From the NCBI GenBank assembly GCA_963793425.1, contig CAWCAG010000009.1, positions 288,001-352,000 of the forward strand: a DNA stretch of 64,000 nt. The letters run 5' to 3'. The notes under the pieces were generated by a model, which saw only the letters and a program-made list of their open reading frames with translations, was not told where the DNA came from and made no database searches. Of this stretch, positions 32,515 through 43,377 are shown piece after piece. The number at the start of each line of letters is the position of its first letter. Position 1 is the stretch's first letter. The translations under genes were made by a program, and so were the position numbers. This DNA comes from an uncultured cyanobacterium (GTDB lineage Bacteria; Cyanobacteriota; Cyanobacteriia; Cyanobacteriales; CAWCAG01).

Positions 32515-33896
32515 TTGACATCCTCCCCGTCCTAAAGGAGCGGGGATTCCCATCTAATCAAACAACGATAATTGTTTAACTTCTTGGCGGGTTGACGTTT
32601 CCTTGGCTGCTGCTACAGTTGTAGTCTTACGCTTGCCTCCGCGTCCGTTTCTTGCTCCGCGTTCCCTTGGGCCTTTCGGCGGCGCGGGTTCGGTGCGCTT
32701 TAAAGTCTCAGGGTGTCCCCCCGCGACCAAGATATTGACAGCAGCATTGATATCTCTATCATGGACTGCACCGCAGTTTAAGCAAGTCCACTCCCTGACA
32801 GAAAGTTCTTTTTTACCACCCTTGAACCCACAATTAGAGCATTTCTGTGTGGTAGGTTCCCATCTATCTATAACCCTAAACTCTCTACCATATATCAGCG
32901 CTTTAGCTTCTAGCATAGTTCTAAAACTACGCCAGCCTGAATCGCTAATGGCACGAGATAGTTTACGATTCTTGACCATTCCTGAAACATTCAAATCTTC
33001 TAAGACAATTGTTTGGTTTTCACGAATTATCTTAGTTGATAGTTGGTGTAAAAAGTCACCTCTTGTATCTTTTACTTTGGCGTGTAACTTAGCTACTCTT
33101 TTCCTGGCTTTTTCTCTCCTTTTACTTCCCTTGGTTTTCCTGGCTAGGTTACGCTGTAGTTTCCTTAACCTTTTTAATTTGCGTTTTAAAGGCTTGGGAG
33201 CTTTAACCTTGTCTCCATTACTAAATGTGGCAAAGTTTGCTATTCCTAAATCTATGCCAGTTGATTTGTCGTTATCTAGTAGTTTCTCACAGGTTATTTC
33301 AACAACAAAACTAACAAAGTACCTATCGGCACTGTCTTTGATTACTGTTACAGAACTGGGAGCAGATGGCAATTCTCTAGACCAAATTGGCTTGATGTCG
33401 CCTATCTTAGCTAAATAAACTTTATTTCCTTTGAGCTTGAATCCCCAGCGAGTAAACCTAGCAGCTTGCCTGTTGTGCCGTTTTTTGAACTTTGGATAAT
33501 TAACCTTTTTACCTTTTCTTTTGCCCTTGCAAGAATTAAAGAAGTTTTTATAGGCTTGGCTTAAATCTGCTATTGATTGCTGCAAAGGAACGTTAGAAAC
33601 GTCTTTTAACCATTCACGCTCTACAGTTTTCTTTGCTTGGGTTATGCAAGCTTTTTGTAAGTCCCCATTCTTAGGTAGTTTTTCAGATTGTTTGCAAACA
33701 GCTAAAGCATCATTCCACACAACACGGACACAACCAAATAGTTGAGCTAATGAGTGTGCTTGCTCAACTGTTGGATAGAATCTGTATCTGTATCGTGCTT
33801 TCATTCCCGAAGACTGTTCGTTCTTCTCTATTTTATAACGTGAATGCAACGAATCCGTCCTTTTAGGACGAGGCTTGAAACCTTTTGTTATTTTCG
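32515..33896 (-). mobile_element. IS200/IS605-family element, IS1341-like (tnpB only)
   Basis: Left-end hairpin cgtcct-ttt-aggacg (33856-33870) inside a (C)TGAC motif; right-end hairpin ccccgtcctaaaggagcgggg and terminal TCAA; no tnpA. Confidence 0.88.
32554..33804 (-). CDS. tnpB: RNA-guided endonuclease TnpB
   Basis: MKARYRYRFYPT N-terminus; RuvC residues GIDLG, VLEDL and DRDINAA intact; CSNCG/CLNCG zinc finger. Confidence 0.95.
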   Translation of the reverse strand: MKARYRYRFYPTVEQAHSLAQLFGCVRVVWNDALAVCKQSEKLPKNGDLQKACITQAKKTVEREWLKDVSNVPLQQSIADLSQAYKNFFNSCKGKRKGKKVNYPKFKKRHNRQAARFTRWGFKLKGNKVYLAKIGDIKPIWSRELPSAPSSVTVIKDSADRYFVSFVVEITCEKLLDNDKSTGIDLGIANFATFSNGDKVKAPKPLKRKLKRLRKLQRNLARKTKGSKRREKARKRVAKLHAKVKDTRGDFLHQLSTKIIRENQTIVLEDLNVSGMVKNRKLSRAISDSGWRSFRTMLEAKALIYGREFRVIDRWEPTTQKCSNCGFKGGKKELSVREWTCLNCGAVHDRDINAAVNILVAGGHPETLKRTEPAPPKGPRERGARNGRGGKRKTTTVAAAKETSTRQEVKQLSLFD

Positions 33897-34069
33897 GTCA
33901 GCTACATACTATTTGACCATTTTTTCTGAGCTGTGACAGTGATCTGAGACTGAAACCAGATAAACAGCCATCACATTTATCCTTCACTCAATTCAAAGCT
34001 ATTTTTGAAATTTTTATTTTTTCTATGCCAGCAAAAATTATACTCTCCGGAAAAATTCCCTAGCTTTAG

Positions 34070-35569
34070 TTAGGATAATCCTAAATCAACTGCCACCCGA
34101 TGGGCGCAAGCAAAGCCAGAAAAAGCTACAGCATTTAAACCCTGACCAGGAAATGTACTATCTCCGACACAATATAACCCCGGTATGGAAGTACGGTTAA
34201 AAGGCATCCCTAGTAAACCTGGTAATTTGCGCCTAGGAATGGGACCATAAGTCCCATCTTCCCTGCCAAGGAAGCGCCTGTGGGTGCGAGGAGTACCAAC
34301 TTCTTGGTAGTCTATAGCCCCTATAATTCCAGGAAAGATTTTTTCTAAACGAGAGATTAATTTATCTGCTGCTGCTTCTTTTTTCTCCTGGTATTCTTTA
34401 GTGGTTAATCCTTGCCAATCTTCAATGAAGCTAGGAGTGAAAGTATGGATGATATGATGTCCTTTTGGGGCCAAATCCGGGTCAAGTAAGGTAGGAATAG
34501 AAACGAAAATTGTTCCTTCTGCATCTTCCATCTTTTGCCAATCTTCTAAGAAAATATGGTGGCATTCTGTACCAAGGGGAAGCAACTCTGCTTCAACCCC
34601 TAAATGTAAGCTTAAAAAACTAGGGGATTTTTGGTATCTTTGTTGCCAATTTTGTTCTTTTTTAGGCATTACTTGCTGAGGTAATAATTTACCAAAAGTA
34701 TCCCAACGAGTAGCATTAGAAACGATGCGTTGAGCGTGATATTCTTCCCCCGTCGCTAACTTAACCCCGACGGCTTTCCCTTTCTCCAAAATAATTTCTT
34801 TTACCCTTGCTTTATAAAGGATTTTCCCCCCAGCTTTTTCTAACCCTTCAACTAACTTTTGGGCTATTTGTCCTACTCCCCCTTTAGGGTAATTAATGCC
34901 TCCATAATGGCGATCAGAAAAGACCATTCCGGCATTAATCATCGGGGTTTTATCTGCTGGAACCACAGACCAACAGTAACATTCCATATCAATAAACTTA
35001 AGTAATTCAGGGTCTTTAATGTAGCGACGAGCAATATCTCCAGCATTTTGAGGTAAGTATTTCACTAATCCTAAACAAGCTAAAGGATGTTGCAAAAATA
35101 CTTTGGTTAAATACCCTACTTCTTCTAAGGAGAGCAAGTCCATAACATTCAAACAGTTAAATACTTGCCAACATTGATCATAAAACTTACGAATCCCCTC
35201 TTTTTCTTGGGGGAATTTACTAATTAATTCAGCCAAAAATTTTTCATAATTTTTATAAACTTTTAATTCTAATTCATTAGGCAAATGGTAATGAATTTGG
35301 ACAGTATCAGGAATAGTTTCTAAACTAACGTTAACAGCATCTAAAGCGCGAGTTAATAAGTTCGTTGTTCCTTCTGTCCCAAAACCAAAAATCATTGATG
35401 CTCCCACATCAAAGCGATAGCCTTCTCGCTCAAAATACCCGGCACTACCTCCAGGAATTATGTATCTTTCTAAAACTAAAACCTTAGCTCCCTTGGCAGC
35501 AAGTTGAGTGGCAGTTACCAATGCACCAATACCAGAGCCAATAACAATGACATCAAAAGAGTAACTCAA
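34070..35569 (-). CDS. crtH: Carotenoid isomerase CrtH/CRTISO
   Basis: GSGIG FAD motif, [46 protein letters not shown]. Confidence 0.92.
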   Translation of the reverse strand: MSYSFDVIVIGSGIGALVTATQLAAKGAKVLVLERYIIPGGSAGYFEREGYRFDVGASMIFGFGTEGTTNLLTRALDAVNVSLETIPDTVQIHYHLPNELELKVYKNYEKFLAELISKFPQEKEGIRKFYDQCWQVFNCLNVMDLLSLEEVGYLTKVFLQHPLACLGLVKYLPQNAGDIARRYIKDPELLKFIDMECYCWSVVPADKTPMINAGMVFSDRHYGGINYPKGGVGQIAQKLVEGLEKAGGKILYKARVKEIILEKGKAVGVKLATGEEYHAQRIVSNATRWDTFGKLLPQQVMPKKEQNWQQRYQKSPSFLSLHLGVEAELLPLGTECHHIFLEDWQKMEDAEGTIFVSIPTLLDPDLAPKGHHIIHTFTPSFIEDWQGLTTKEYQEKKEAAADKLISRLEKIFPGIIGAIDYQEVGTPRTHRRFLGREDGTYGPIPRRKLPGLLGMPFNRTSIPGLYCVGDSTFPGQGLNAVAFSGFACAHRVAVDLGLS

Positions 35570-35878
35570 TAGTTCAAATTAAATAATAATTAGCAATTAG
35601 CGATTAGCAAATAACCACTATCCTCAGTTTATCAGCAAAAAAAGCTAAATCTGTCACAATAAATTAGATAGACATTTCAACGGATGCCCTTATGCCCCAA
35701 ACACACATCAGATTTGAATCGATTGCACGTTCGGTAGAAACAACAGAATCAATTCCCTAAGAAAAAGCTCTGTTGAATTTAACCTGATTTTCCGGATTGA
35801 TGCCCAGAAAAAGAGTTAGAGAAAATAGGACTCTGAAAAGGAATTCTGGGAATATCAGTATCTTGGCCAAGGGATTGT

Positions 35879-37063
35879 ATGAATATTAATGCAGGGGTGG
35901 GAATTAGCTACCATCGAAACGTCACAGTAGCCGGACAAGAGGCTGCCCAGCAAGCGCTTACTGAAGCTGGTATAGAAAGACCAGATTTTGTGTTTATGTT
36001 TGCTTCTACAGGCTACAATCAACAAAAGCTGGTGGATATAGTTAGGGAAACTACAGGCTATGCACCCCTTAGTGGTTGTTCTGCTTGGGGGATAATTGGT
36101 AGGGACTGGGTAAGTAATTCTCACTTCGCGGTGGCAGTTATGGTGATTAGTTCTGATGAACTCCGCTGTAGCAATCATTTACAAACAGGCTTAAAAGCAG
36201 ATCCCCACAGTGTCGGGGAAGCGATCGCCCAAGATATTAAACCCCAAATTGCCTCTGATAGCCTAGGAGTATTTTTATTCGCTGATGGGATAACAATTAA
36301 TTTTGACAGCTTTGTGGCTGGTTTAGAAACGAAGCTTAATTTAGATGTATTTTTACCCCTTCTGGGGGGTGCTTCTGGTTACAACCCAAACAGGAAGAAT
36401 ACTTACCAATACTATAATGATCAGGTAGTTTCTGATGGAGTAATCGCAACTTTAATTTCTGGCCCAGTCAACCTTGCTTGGGCAGTTAACCATGGTTGTG
36501 AAACAATTGGCAATGAACGTAAAGTAACTCGCTGTGAAGGAAATATCATTTATGAAATAGATGATCAGCCTGTTTTAGAGGTATTGAAAGAATATCTTGA
36601 TGAGAAAGAAATTGAAGATTGGAATGAAGCGGTAGTTAATCTCTGTCTAGGAATTAAAGCACCAGGGTATATGCAAGATTACGATGAGTATCTCATTCGT
36701 TTTCTCCCTAGCAAAGATGATGCTACGGGTTCAGTTAGTTTACAAACAGAGATATTAGAAGGGACGAGTATTTGGATGACTCGTCGGGATAAAGATAAAA
36801 TTGTTGACGGCCTTGATAAAATGGCTAAACAGATTAATCATCAATTGGGCGATCGCCCCGGTCAACTTGTCTTTCATTTTGATTGTTTTGGTCGTGGGAG
36901 CATCTTTCATGGCGAAGAGAAATTTCAACTTCTAGAAAGACTACAGAAAAAAATTGGTAGTAATATTCCTTGGCTAGGATTTTATACGAATGGGGAAATT
37001 GCTCCTGTAGGAAGCTACAATTGCTTTCATAATTACACTCTAGTTCTGGGGGTAATTTATTAA
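35879..37063 (+). CDS. FIST-N/FIST-C sensory protein (NosP-like)
   Basis: LSGCS, LFADG, LLGGASG, FDCFGRG, GFYTNGEIAP, HNYT motifs. Confidence 0.88.
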   Translation: MNINAGVGISYHRNVTVAGQEAAQQALTEAGIERPDFVFMFASTGYNQQKLVDIVRETTGYAPLSGCSAWGIIGRDWVSNSHFAVAVMVISSDELRCSNHLQTGLKADPHSVGEAIAQDIKPQIASDSLGVFLFADGITINFDSFVAGLETKLNLDVFLPLLGGASGYNPNRKNTYQYYNDQVVSDGVIATLISGPVNLAWAVNHGCETIGNERKVTRCEGNIIYEIDDQPVLEVLKEYLDEKEIEDWNEAVVNLCLGIKAPGYMQDYDEYLIRFLPSKDDATGSVSLQTEILEGTSIWMTRRDKDKIVDGLDKMAKQINHQLGDRPGQLVFHFDCFGRGSIFHGEEKFQLLERLQKKIGSNIPWLGFYTNGEIAPVGSYNCFHNYTLVLGVIY

Positions 37064-37168
37064 AGTAGCCTTGGTTATACTTTAATTTTAGTGTCAGTCT
37101 ACTAAGATGGTTTTTGGTCGGGAAATTATGAAACTTGAAAAGTTAGATGGTCTATTGCTCCGTTACCT

Positions 37169-38743
37169 ATGCAAGATTCAACTAAACAGTCAATCCGGTT
37201 AGAAAACAACTTGCAACAGTTAAGCGAACAAAACCAGCGTTTATCTGCCCAAGTTAAGCAATTAGTGAAAACGGAGAGTGAACTTCATGCTTCTCGAAAT
37301 AAGTTAGATTACCAGATTAGTATTTATCGACAACTTTATGAAATTGGTAAGCAGTTTAATAATACTTTTAATGTTGAAGAAATTCTCGGTTTAATGCCTC
37401 ATTTTGTTCTTTATGAGCTTAACTTTGAGCGTTGTTTAATTCTCAATTATAGTCAGGAGCAAGATTGTTTTACGCCTTTGCTCTGGGATGGTTATTATGA
37501 AGAGCAAGAAACCCAGCATCTCAAAAAATTACAGTTTGATTTAGGAAAATCAGGCATCTTTTCTCTTTTTTCCCTGGCTGAGTATTTGATGTGCGCTCCC
37601 GATTATTATCATAGTCCTAATTTACAGAAACTATGCGCTACTTTCGGTATGGAAGAATACGTTCTTTTTCCGTTAAGTATAGAACAGCAGCAGCCCAAAA
37701 TATTATTATTAGTCGGAAATACTTCAGATAACGCCCAATACCATTCCCGTGTCGAGCCAGAAGGGGATTTTATTCTTGGTTTAGCAAATTTAGTTAGTCA
37801 AGCTTCTATTGCTATTAAACAGTGTCAATTATACAAACAAGTTCACAGCAAAGCCTATGAGTTAGAAGAAACTATTAATAAACTAAGTAATGCTCAATCC
37901 CATTTAATTCAAACTGAGAAAATGTCTAGTTTAGGACAATTGGTTGCTGGCATTGCCCATGAAATTAATAATCCAGTTAATTTTATTTTTGGCAATCTTA
38001 TTTATGCTAGCGAATATACCAAAGATGTCTTGTCACTCCTACATTTATATCAAAGAAAATATCCTCAATACGATGAAGAAATTCAAGCTGAGACAGAAGA
38101 AATAGATTTAAGTTTTATTGAAGAAGACTTAGAGAGACTATTGCAATCTATGCACATGGGCGCTAGTCGCATTCGAGATATTGTGATTTCTTTACGTAAT
38201 TTTTCTCGTCTTGATGAATCTAATCTTAAGCAAGTAGATATTCATTCTGGTATTGATAGTACCTTAATGATTTTGCAAAATCGTTTTAAGGTTCAAGCTG
38301 GTTATCCTGTGATTCAAGTTGTTAAGGAGTATGATTGTTTGCCTTTGGTGGAGTGTTATGCTGGGCAACTTAACCAAGTGTTTATGAATATTCTTAATAA
38401 TGCTATTGATGCTTTAGAAAAAGCTATAGAGAAAGGAGAAATGAAGCACAAAGTTCCCACAATTCGGGTTTATACTCAAGGTATTTTTGACCAGAATGGG
38501 GAGGCAGATCGAGTGGTTATTCGTATTGTTGACAATGGGGTAGGAATGTCACCGGAAGTACAACGGAAAGTTTTCGATCCTTTCTTTACGACAAAGCCTG
38601 TAGGCAAGGGAACAGGTTTAGCTATGTCTATTAGTTTCCAGGTGGTTACGGAAAGGCATGGTGGTTTTTTGAAGTGTTCTTCTTCTGTGGGAGAAGGTAC
38701 AGAATTTACTCTGGAAATTCCTTGTAAGCAAAACTTTATTTAA
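37169..38743 (+). CDS. Sensor histidine kinase (coiled coil, GAF-like region, HisKA, HATPase)
   Basis: LVAGIAHEINNP H-box, NQVFMNILNNAIDA, DNGVG, FDPFFTTKPVGKGTGL. Confidence 0.93.
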   Translation: MQDSTKQSIRLENNLQQLSEQNQRLSAQVKQLVKTESELHASRNKLDYQISIYRQLYEIGKQFNNTFNVEEILGLMPHFVLYELNFERCLILNYSQEQDCFTPLLWDGYYEEQETQHLKKLQFDLGKSGIFSLFSLAEYLMCAPDYYHSPNLQKLCATFGMEEYVLFPLSIEQQQPKILLLVGNTSDNAQYHSRVEPEGDFILGLANLVSQASIAIKQCQLYKQVHSKAYELEETINKLSNAQSHLIQTEKMSSLGQLVAGIAHEINNPVNFIFGNLIYASEYTKDVLSLLHLYQRKYPQYDEEIQAETEEIDLSFIEEDLERLLQSMHMGASRIRDIVISLRNFSRLDESNLKQVDIHSGIDSTLMILQNRFKVQAGYPVIQVVKEYDCLPLVECYAGQLNQVFMNILNNAIDALEKAIEKGEMKHKVPTIRVYTQGIFDQNGEADRVVIRIVDNGVGMSPEVQRKVFDPFFTTKPVGKGTGLAMSISFQVVTERHGGFLKCSSSVGEGTEFTLEIPCKQNFI

Positions 38744-40292
38744 AGCTTTTATAATCTTGCCCTGAACCATAAAACCAACTATCAACGTAACGATGCCAAT
38801 AATATAGTTGCCGGGAACTCAAATTTTTAGCCAATGGCTTTAATACTTGACTCAGGGAATAGAGAAATGTATAAAGTCCTAAATTAAGATAATGAATTAA
38901 CCAATCTAAAAGAGTAACTATTCCTGCTTGAGGAATTACAGGAACTACCAAACCTGGTTTGGTTAAGGAGGTTAATAAAAGAGTTTGAGAAAGGGCAGAA
39001 AACTGTACAACATCTTGTAAAAAAGGCCGCAATACTTCATCCCCTAACTTATCCATATTCTCAAACACCCCACTCAATAATTCGTTGATTTGATTAGGAG
39101 CTAAATTCTGGTTAATGCCGACACTCATGGTACGTTGAAATAACCAAGTAACAGCTATATTTGGTTGGTATGGTTGCAACAAAGCCAAGGATTTATTACT
39201 CAATTGTTCCTCTTGCAAAGCTTCATTAATACCTGAACTCAACCGCTGAAGATGACGTATCATCGCCCCAAAACCACCAAAACTTACCGGAGATTGGGAA
39301 CCACTACTATCCCCAATAGGCAGAATACGATTCCAGGGCAAGCGTAAAGGGCTTTGACGATAGGCAGGGAAGAAACCAAATAAAAACCTTTCAAATTGTA
39401 ATTGCGCTAGTTCTATTCCTTGATATGCTGGTAAAAGTCGCAAATACTCATCCATCAGAAACTCTAAGCTAAAACGTTCTGGATGGGCATCTAGATAGGT
39501 AAACAAATAAGTTGTTCTCCCATCCCTAGCCGGAAAAGCTTCCCAAAAATATTGGCATTGATTAGTAATGGGAGTGAAAGAAGCAATTAAGTCTCCGGTT
39601 TTGTTTTCCGGATAACCTTTCGCACAACTCCCCACCACTAAACAAACTCCTTCTGGTTTTTCTCCCTTTCTAGCTTGTTTAGCAATAAGAGAAAAGTTAC
39701 CCATGCCATCAATAAGTAAACGGGTTTTGAATTCAATTTCTCCTGCTGCTACTAATACCCCATCAGGATGAACGGTAGTTTGGCTGAAAGAAGTTTTTTC
39801 CCATAGTTTTCCCCCATAATCAAGAAACTTTTCTTTTAAGCTTGCTAACAGAAAAACAGGATCAACACCAATATTCAGAACATCTTCTACCCAAACTTCT
39901 TGCCCTTCAAAAAAACTTACCCGCGCCGGATTATATTCTGTGGCGATCGCCTCTATTAATTCCTCTGGGGAAAGCAAATCTAATTCTAAAAATACCTCCA
40001 ATTCCTGACGAGAAATATTCCATTCCTGATCCCTCCCTCGCAAAATTCCTCGTTCAATTACTGCTACCCGCCAACCCATTTTTTGTAAGGCAGCAGCCAG
40101 GAAAATCCCCAAAGTTCCCCCACAAATAACCACATCCCAATCAACCTCTCCCAAAGCTTGATCACTTTCTACTACAACTTGAGGAATAGTAGCATTTCCT
40201 GACTTTAAACTTTGCCAAAGCCCATCTGCCCCTCGCAAGCGTTGCAGAGTATGATCAGATCGTTGGGAAAGTATCTCTTCTGTAAGGTTCAT
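38736..40292 (-). CDS. cruP: CruP-type lycopene cyclase paralogue / FAD-binding oxidoreductase
   Basis: ICGGTLG, GRDQEWNISR, QYFWEAFPARDG, QSPVSFGGFG motifs of the CruA/CruP family; about 518 aa fits CruP. Confidence 0.72.
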   Translation of the reverse strand: MNLTEEILSQRSDHTLQRLRGADGLWQSLKSGNATIPQVVVESDQALGEVDWDVVICGGTLGIFLAAALQKMGWRVAVIERGILRGRDQEWNISRQELEVFLELDLLSPEELIEAIATEYNPARVSFFEGQEVWVEDVLNIGVDPVFLLASLKEKFLDYGGKLWEKTSFSQTTVHPDGVLVAAGEIEFKTRLLIDGMGNFSLIAKQARKGEKPEGVCLVVGSCAKGYPENKTGDLIASFTPITNQCQYFWEAFPARDGRTTYLFTYLDAHPERFSLEFLMDEYLRLLPAYQGIELAQLQFERFLFGFFPAYRQSPLRLPWNRILPIGDSSGSQSPVSFGGFGAMIRHLQRLSSGINEALQEEQLSNKSLALLQPYQPNIAVTWLFQRTMSVGINQNLAPNQINELLSGVFENMDKLGDEVLRPFLQDVVQFSALSQTLLLTSLTKPGLVVPVIPQAGIVTLLDWLIHYLNLGLYTFLYSLSQVLKPLAKNLSSRQLYYWHRYVDSWFYGSGQDYKSFK

Positions 40293-40333
40293 TGGGGGAA
40301 AGTAGGGGAAGTAAAACAACTAGCAATTAGCAA

Positions 40334-40888
40334 CTAGCCATTACCATTATCCCTAATCAAAGCTACTCGAACTTGATTGTCTCCGAGTTCAGTTAAATCT
40401 ACTTTAATTCCTGGACCAAAAAACTTAGTAATTTTCTCTTGCTTACCTTGCCAGGTTTCCATGGAGATAAAAGGAGAATTAAAATCCATCACCAAAGTAT
40501 AAGCGCCATCAATCTCTTTTTCTTGGACACTAGTTAAAACAGGTCTTTCGTCATCAGTAGGGCTTAAACCTAATCTTTCTAAAGATTCGTCAAGATGTGC
40601 CTCTTGCCCATAACGATAGCGAGTTACATCCTTACGGACTTGGTTTTGAGTCGAAGTTGCTTGTTGTTCGCGCAATTCAACTATTTCTGGTGGAGTAGGT
40701 TCAGCATAAGGGGCAGGTTTTAACTCAGCCGCTTTGAGAGCAAGACCTCCTAACAAAATAGGAACACCATAGAAAAAACCTGCTAAGTTTAAAGTAGCAT
40801 TACCTATAGCATAGGCGTAAAATCCCACCAGAGTTAAAATTCCACCGACAATTAAACCCAAAGTACCTAAAGAAGTGCGACCTAACAT
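40334..40888 (-). CDS. DUF2854 thylakoid membrane protein
   Basis: GFFYGVPILLGGLALKAAELKP, QVRKDVTRYRYG, FFGPG. Confidence 0.85.
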   Translation of the reverse strand: MLGRTSLGTLGLIVGGILTLVGFYAYAIGNATLNLAGFFYGVPILLGGLALKAAELKPAPYAEPTPPEIVELREQQATSTQNQVRKDVTRYRYGQEAHLDESLERLGLSPTDDERPVLTSVQEKEIDGAYTLVMDFNSPFISMETWQGKQEKITKFFGPGIKVDLTELGDNQVRVALIRDNGNG

Positions 40889-41062
40889 AATTAAATAAAC
40901 TATCCTAAAAAAAATTGTTACTTCAGCTTAGTTGTCCTCACTGAAATAACAACTTCTAGTATATACATCTGCTGACTCAAAAAAATCCCTGACAAAAAAA
41001 GGCTTTTATTGAGTTAAGATTGCAAATTAGTAAGCTTCTTGAAACAATCTAGGGAAAAATCA

Positions 41063-41248
41063 ATGGATAAAGCCACAATCCAAGCTAAAATTCTCCAAAT
41101 AGAAAGTCGCCGCGAGTTTTTGATTAAACTATTGGAACAACCAGATTTGGGAACCTTGAGAATTGATGTTGATCAGGCTTTAGAAGAATTGGATGAGTTG
41201 ATTGAAGAGTTTCATACAGTGTTTCCTGAAGAAAACTCTTTAAATTAG
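41063..41248 (+). CDS. Conserved small cyanobacterial hypothetical protein
   Basis: LLEQPDLGTLRIDVDQALEELDELIEEF. Confidence 0.75.
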   Translation: MDKATIQAKILQIESRREFLIKLLEQPDLGTLRIDVDQALEELDELIEEFHTVFPEENSLN

Positions 41249-41290
41249 AAGCCCCTGATTAGCATGATTTTTCTTGACGAATTCAGTTGC

Positions 41291-41698
41291 TTATGCAGGC
41301 TTTTTACCGTGACCCTTTTGACCTAGCTGTTTAACTATCTCAATTAGGGTTTCAGTATTAGCATCTTTACGGCAAAAAGCATCAATACAATTGTGCTTAT
41401 TAACTTTCTCTAGTTGTTGTTCTTCACAGGAAGAATAGGCAACAATCTGAGTAGATGGTTTAATCTTTTTGATTTGTACCGAAGCACTGAAACCATCCAT
41501 AACGGGCATTTGGAGATCCAAGACAACTACGTCAGGAAAATGAGCTTTAACTAAAGCAATAGCCTCTTCTCCATTGCTGGCAAGACCAACCAACTGAATA
41601 TTTTTCTGTCTGGCTAGAGCTAGCTTGAGGGAAAAACGAGTCAGTTCATGGTCATCAACAACAAGAATACGTAAGTCTGGCTGCTGATATGACAACAT
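41291..41698 (-). CDS. Single-domain response regulator receiver
   Basis: VVDDH, VLDLQMPVMDG, conserved Lys; no output domain. Confidence 0.9.
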   Translation of the reverse strand: MLSYQQPDLRILVVDDHELTRFSLKLALARQKNIQLVGLASNGEEAIALVKAHFPDVVVLDLQMPVMDGFSASVQIKKIKPSTQIVAYSSCEEQQLEKVNKHNCIDAFCRKDANTETLIEIVKQLGQKGHGKKPA

Positions 41699-41900
41699 AA
41701 TCAGGGAATACTTAAGACAACATGGTTGATAGACATCTGTAGTGTAATACCACTTAAGTAATATTCTCCTCTACCCTTCGATTGAATATTAATAGCTAAG
41801 TAGACCTTGAAACTAAGATTGAGTTGAAATATTGTTTATTTTCTGTCAAAAATAATAAAGATTGATAGCTATGGTAACAAAAAATACTACGGATTAAGTA

Positions 41901-43346
41901 ATGGAAATAGAAACACCAAGTTGGGTAAAAAATGCAGTTTTTTACCAAATTTTCCCCGACCGCTTTGCTAAACGCAAAGAACCGAAGTATAAAATTAAAT
42001 ACGATATTCAATTTGAACTTTGGGATAATGCCCCTACCCTTCAAGGCTACAAGGGAGGAGACTTGTGGGGCATAATCGAAAAGCTTGATTATATTAAAGA
42101 TTTAGGCATTGATGCCATTTATTTTACCCCTATTTTCCAATCTACTAGTAACCATCGTTACCATACCCATGACTATTTTCAGGTTGATCCTCTCTTAGGT
42201 GGCAACGAAGCGTTTTTAAGCTTGTTAGAAGAAGCCCATCTTCGTGGCATTAGAGTAGTTATTGATGGAGTATTTAACCACGCTAGTCGAGGTTTTTTCT
42301 ACTTCAACGATATATTAGAAAATGGCCCCAATTCTCCTTGGGTAGACTGGTTCAAAATTGAAGGCTGGCCTGTATCAGCTTATGATGGCAGTAAACCCGC
42401 TAACTATAAAGGTTGGGCTGATAATCGCGCCCTCCCAGAATTTAACCACGATAACCCGAATGTACGGGAATATATCATGCAAATTGCTGAACATTGGTTA
42501 AAAGCTGGTATAGATGGTTGGCGTTTAGATGTTCCTTTTGAAATCCAAACTCAGGGTTTTTGGCAAGAATTCCGTGATCGCACCAAAGCCATTAACCCAG
42601 AAGCCTATATTGTCGGGGAAGTCTGGGGAGATTCTCGCCAGTGGTTAGATGGTACGCAATTTGATGGAGTAATGAATTACCTGTTCACAGGGCCTACCAT
42701 TGCTTTTGCTGCTGGAGAAAGGGTGATTTTAGACTATGTTAAAAATCAAGATTATGATCCCTATCCTGCCCTAGATGCAGCAGGTTACGGGGAGAAAATG
42801 GAAGCTTTACTAGAACTCTATCCCTGGGAAATTCAATTAACTCAACTAAACCTCCTTGCTAGCCATGACACCGCCAGACTATTATCAATTGCTGGGGGCG
42901 ATCGCGATAGTGTTAAGTTAGCAACCCTATTACTTTTAACCTTCCCTGGCGCACCCAGCATCTACTACGGCGACGAGGTTGGTTTAGCTGGGGCAGTAGA
43001 TCCTGATTCTCGTCGCAGTTTCCCTCAAGAAGAAAACTGGGATAAAGAAATACTGGACTGCCACAAACAACTCATTGCTCTGCGCCACCAATATCCGGCC
43101 TTGCGAACAGGAAAATATCAAGTAGTTTATGGGGCAGGGTTAATTTACGCATTTAAGCGCACTTTGGGGGCAGAAGAGTTAGTAATTGCGGTTAATGCCG
43201 ATACAAACTCTGCTACTATTACCATCAAAAAAACCAACCTACAACCCAACACCAGCAAAATACTTTACGGCACTGGGGATTTAAGTTGGGAGGATGGCTA
43301 TATCAACTTAACTTTGCTACCCAGGAGTGGTTGTATTCTTGGTTAA
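41901..43346 (+). CDS. GH13 neopullulanase/cyclomaltodextrinase-like glycosidase
   Basis: FYQIFPDRF, DGVFNH, DGWRLDV, GEVW, ASHD conserved GH13 regions. Confidence 0.93.
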   Translation: MEIETPSWVKNAVFYQIFPDRFAKRKEPKYKIKYDIQFELWDNAPTLQGYKGGDLWGIIEKLDYIKDLGIDAIYFTPIFQSTSNHRYHTHDYFQVDPLLGGNEAFLSLLEEAHLRGIRVVIDGVFNHASRGFFYFNDILENGPNSPWVDWFKIEGWPVSAYDGSKPANYKGWADNRALPEFNHDNPNVREYIMQIAEHWLKAGIDGWRLDVPFEIQTQGFWQEFRDRTKAINPEAYIVGEVWGDSRQWLDGTQFDGVMNYLFTGPTIAFAAGERVILDYVKNQDYDPYPALDAAGYGEKMEALLELYPWEIQLTQLNLLASHDTARLLSIAGGDRDSVKLATLLLLTFPGAPSIYYGDEVGLAGAVDPDSRRSFPQEENWDKEILDCHKQLIALRHQYPALRTGKYQVVYGAGLIYAFKRTLGAEELVIAVNADTNSATITIKKTNLQPNTSKILYGTGDLSWEDGYINLTLLPRSGCILG

Positions 43347-43377
43347 GGATGCAAACATTTTTTCTTCTTTTGCTCTC

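Noticed and set aside
32603..33418. 271-aa ORF antisense to tnpB, and similar antisense ORFs in gyrA, recG, the cotransporter and NACHT genes
   Set aside because: Shadow ORFs fully overlapping well-supported genes, with no recognisable motifs.
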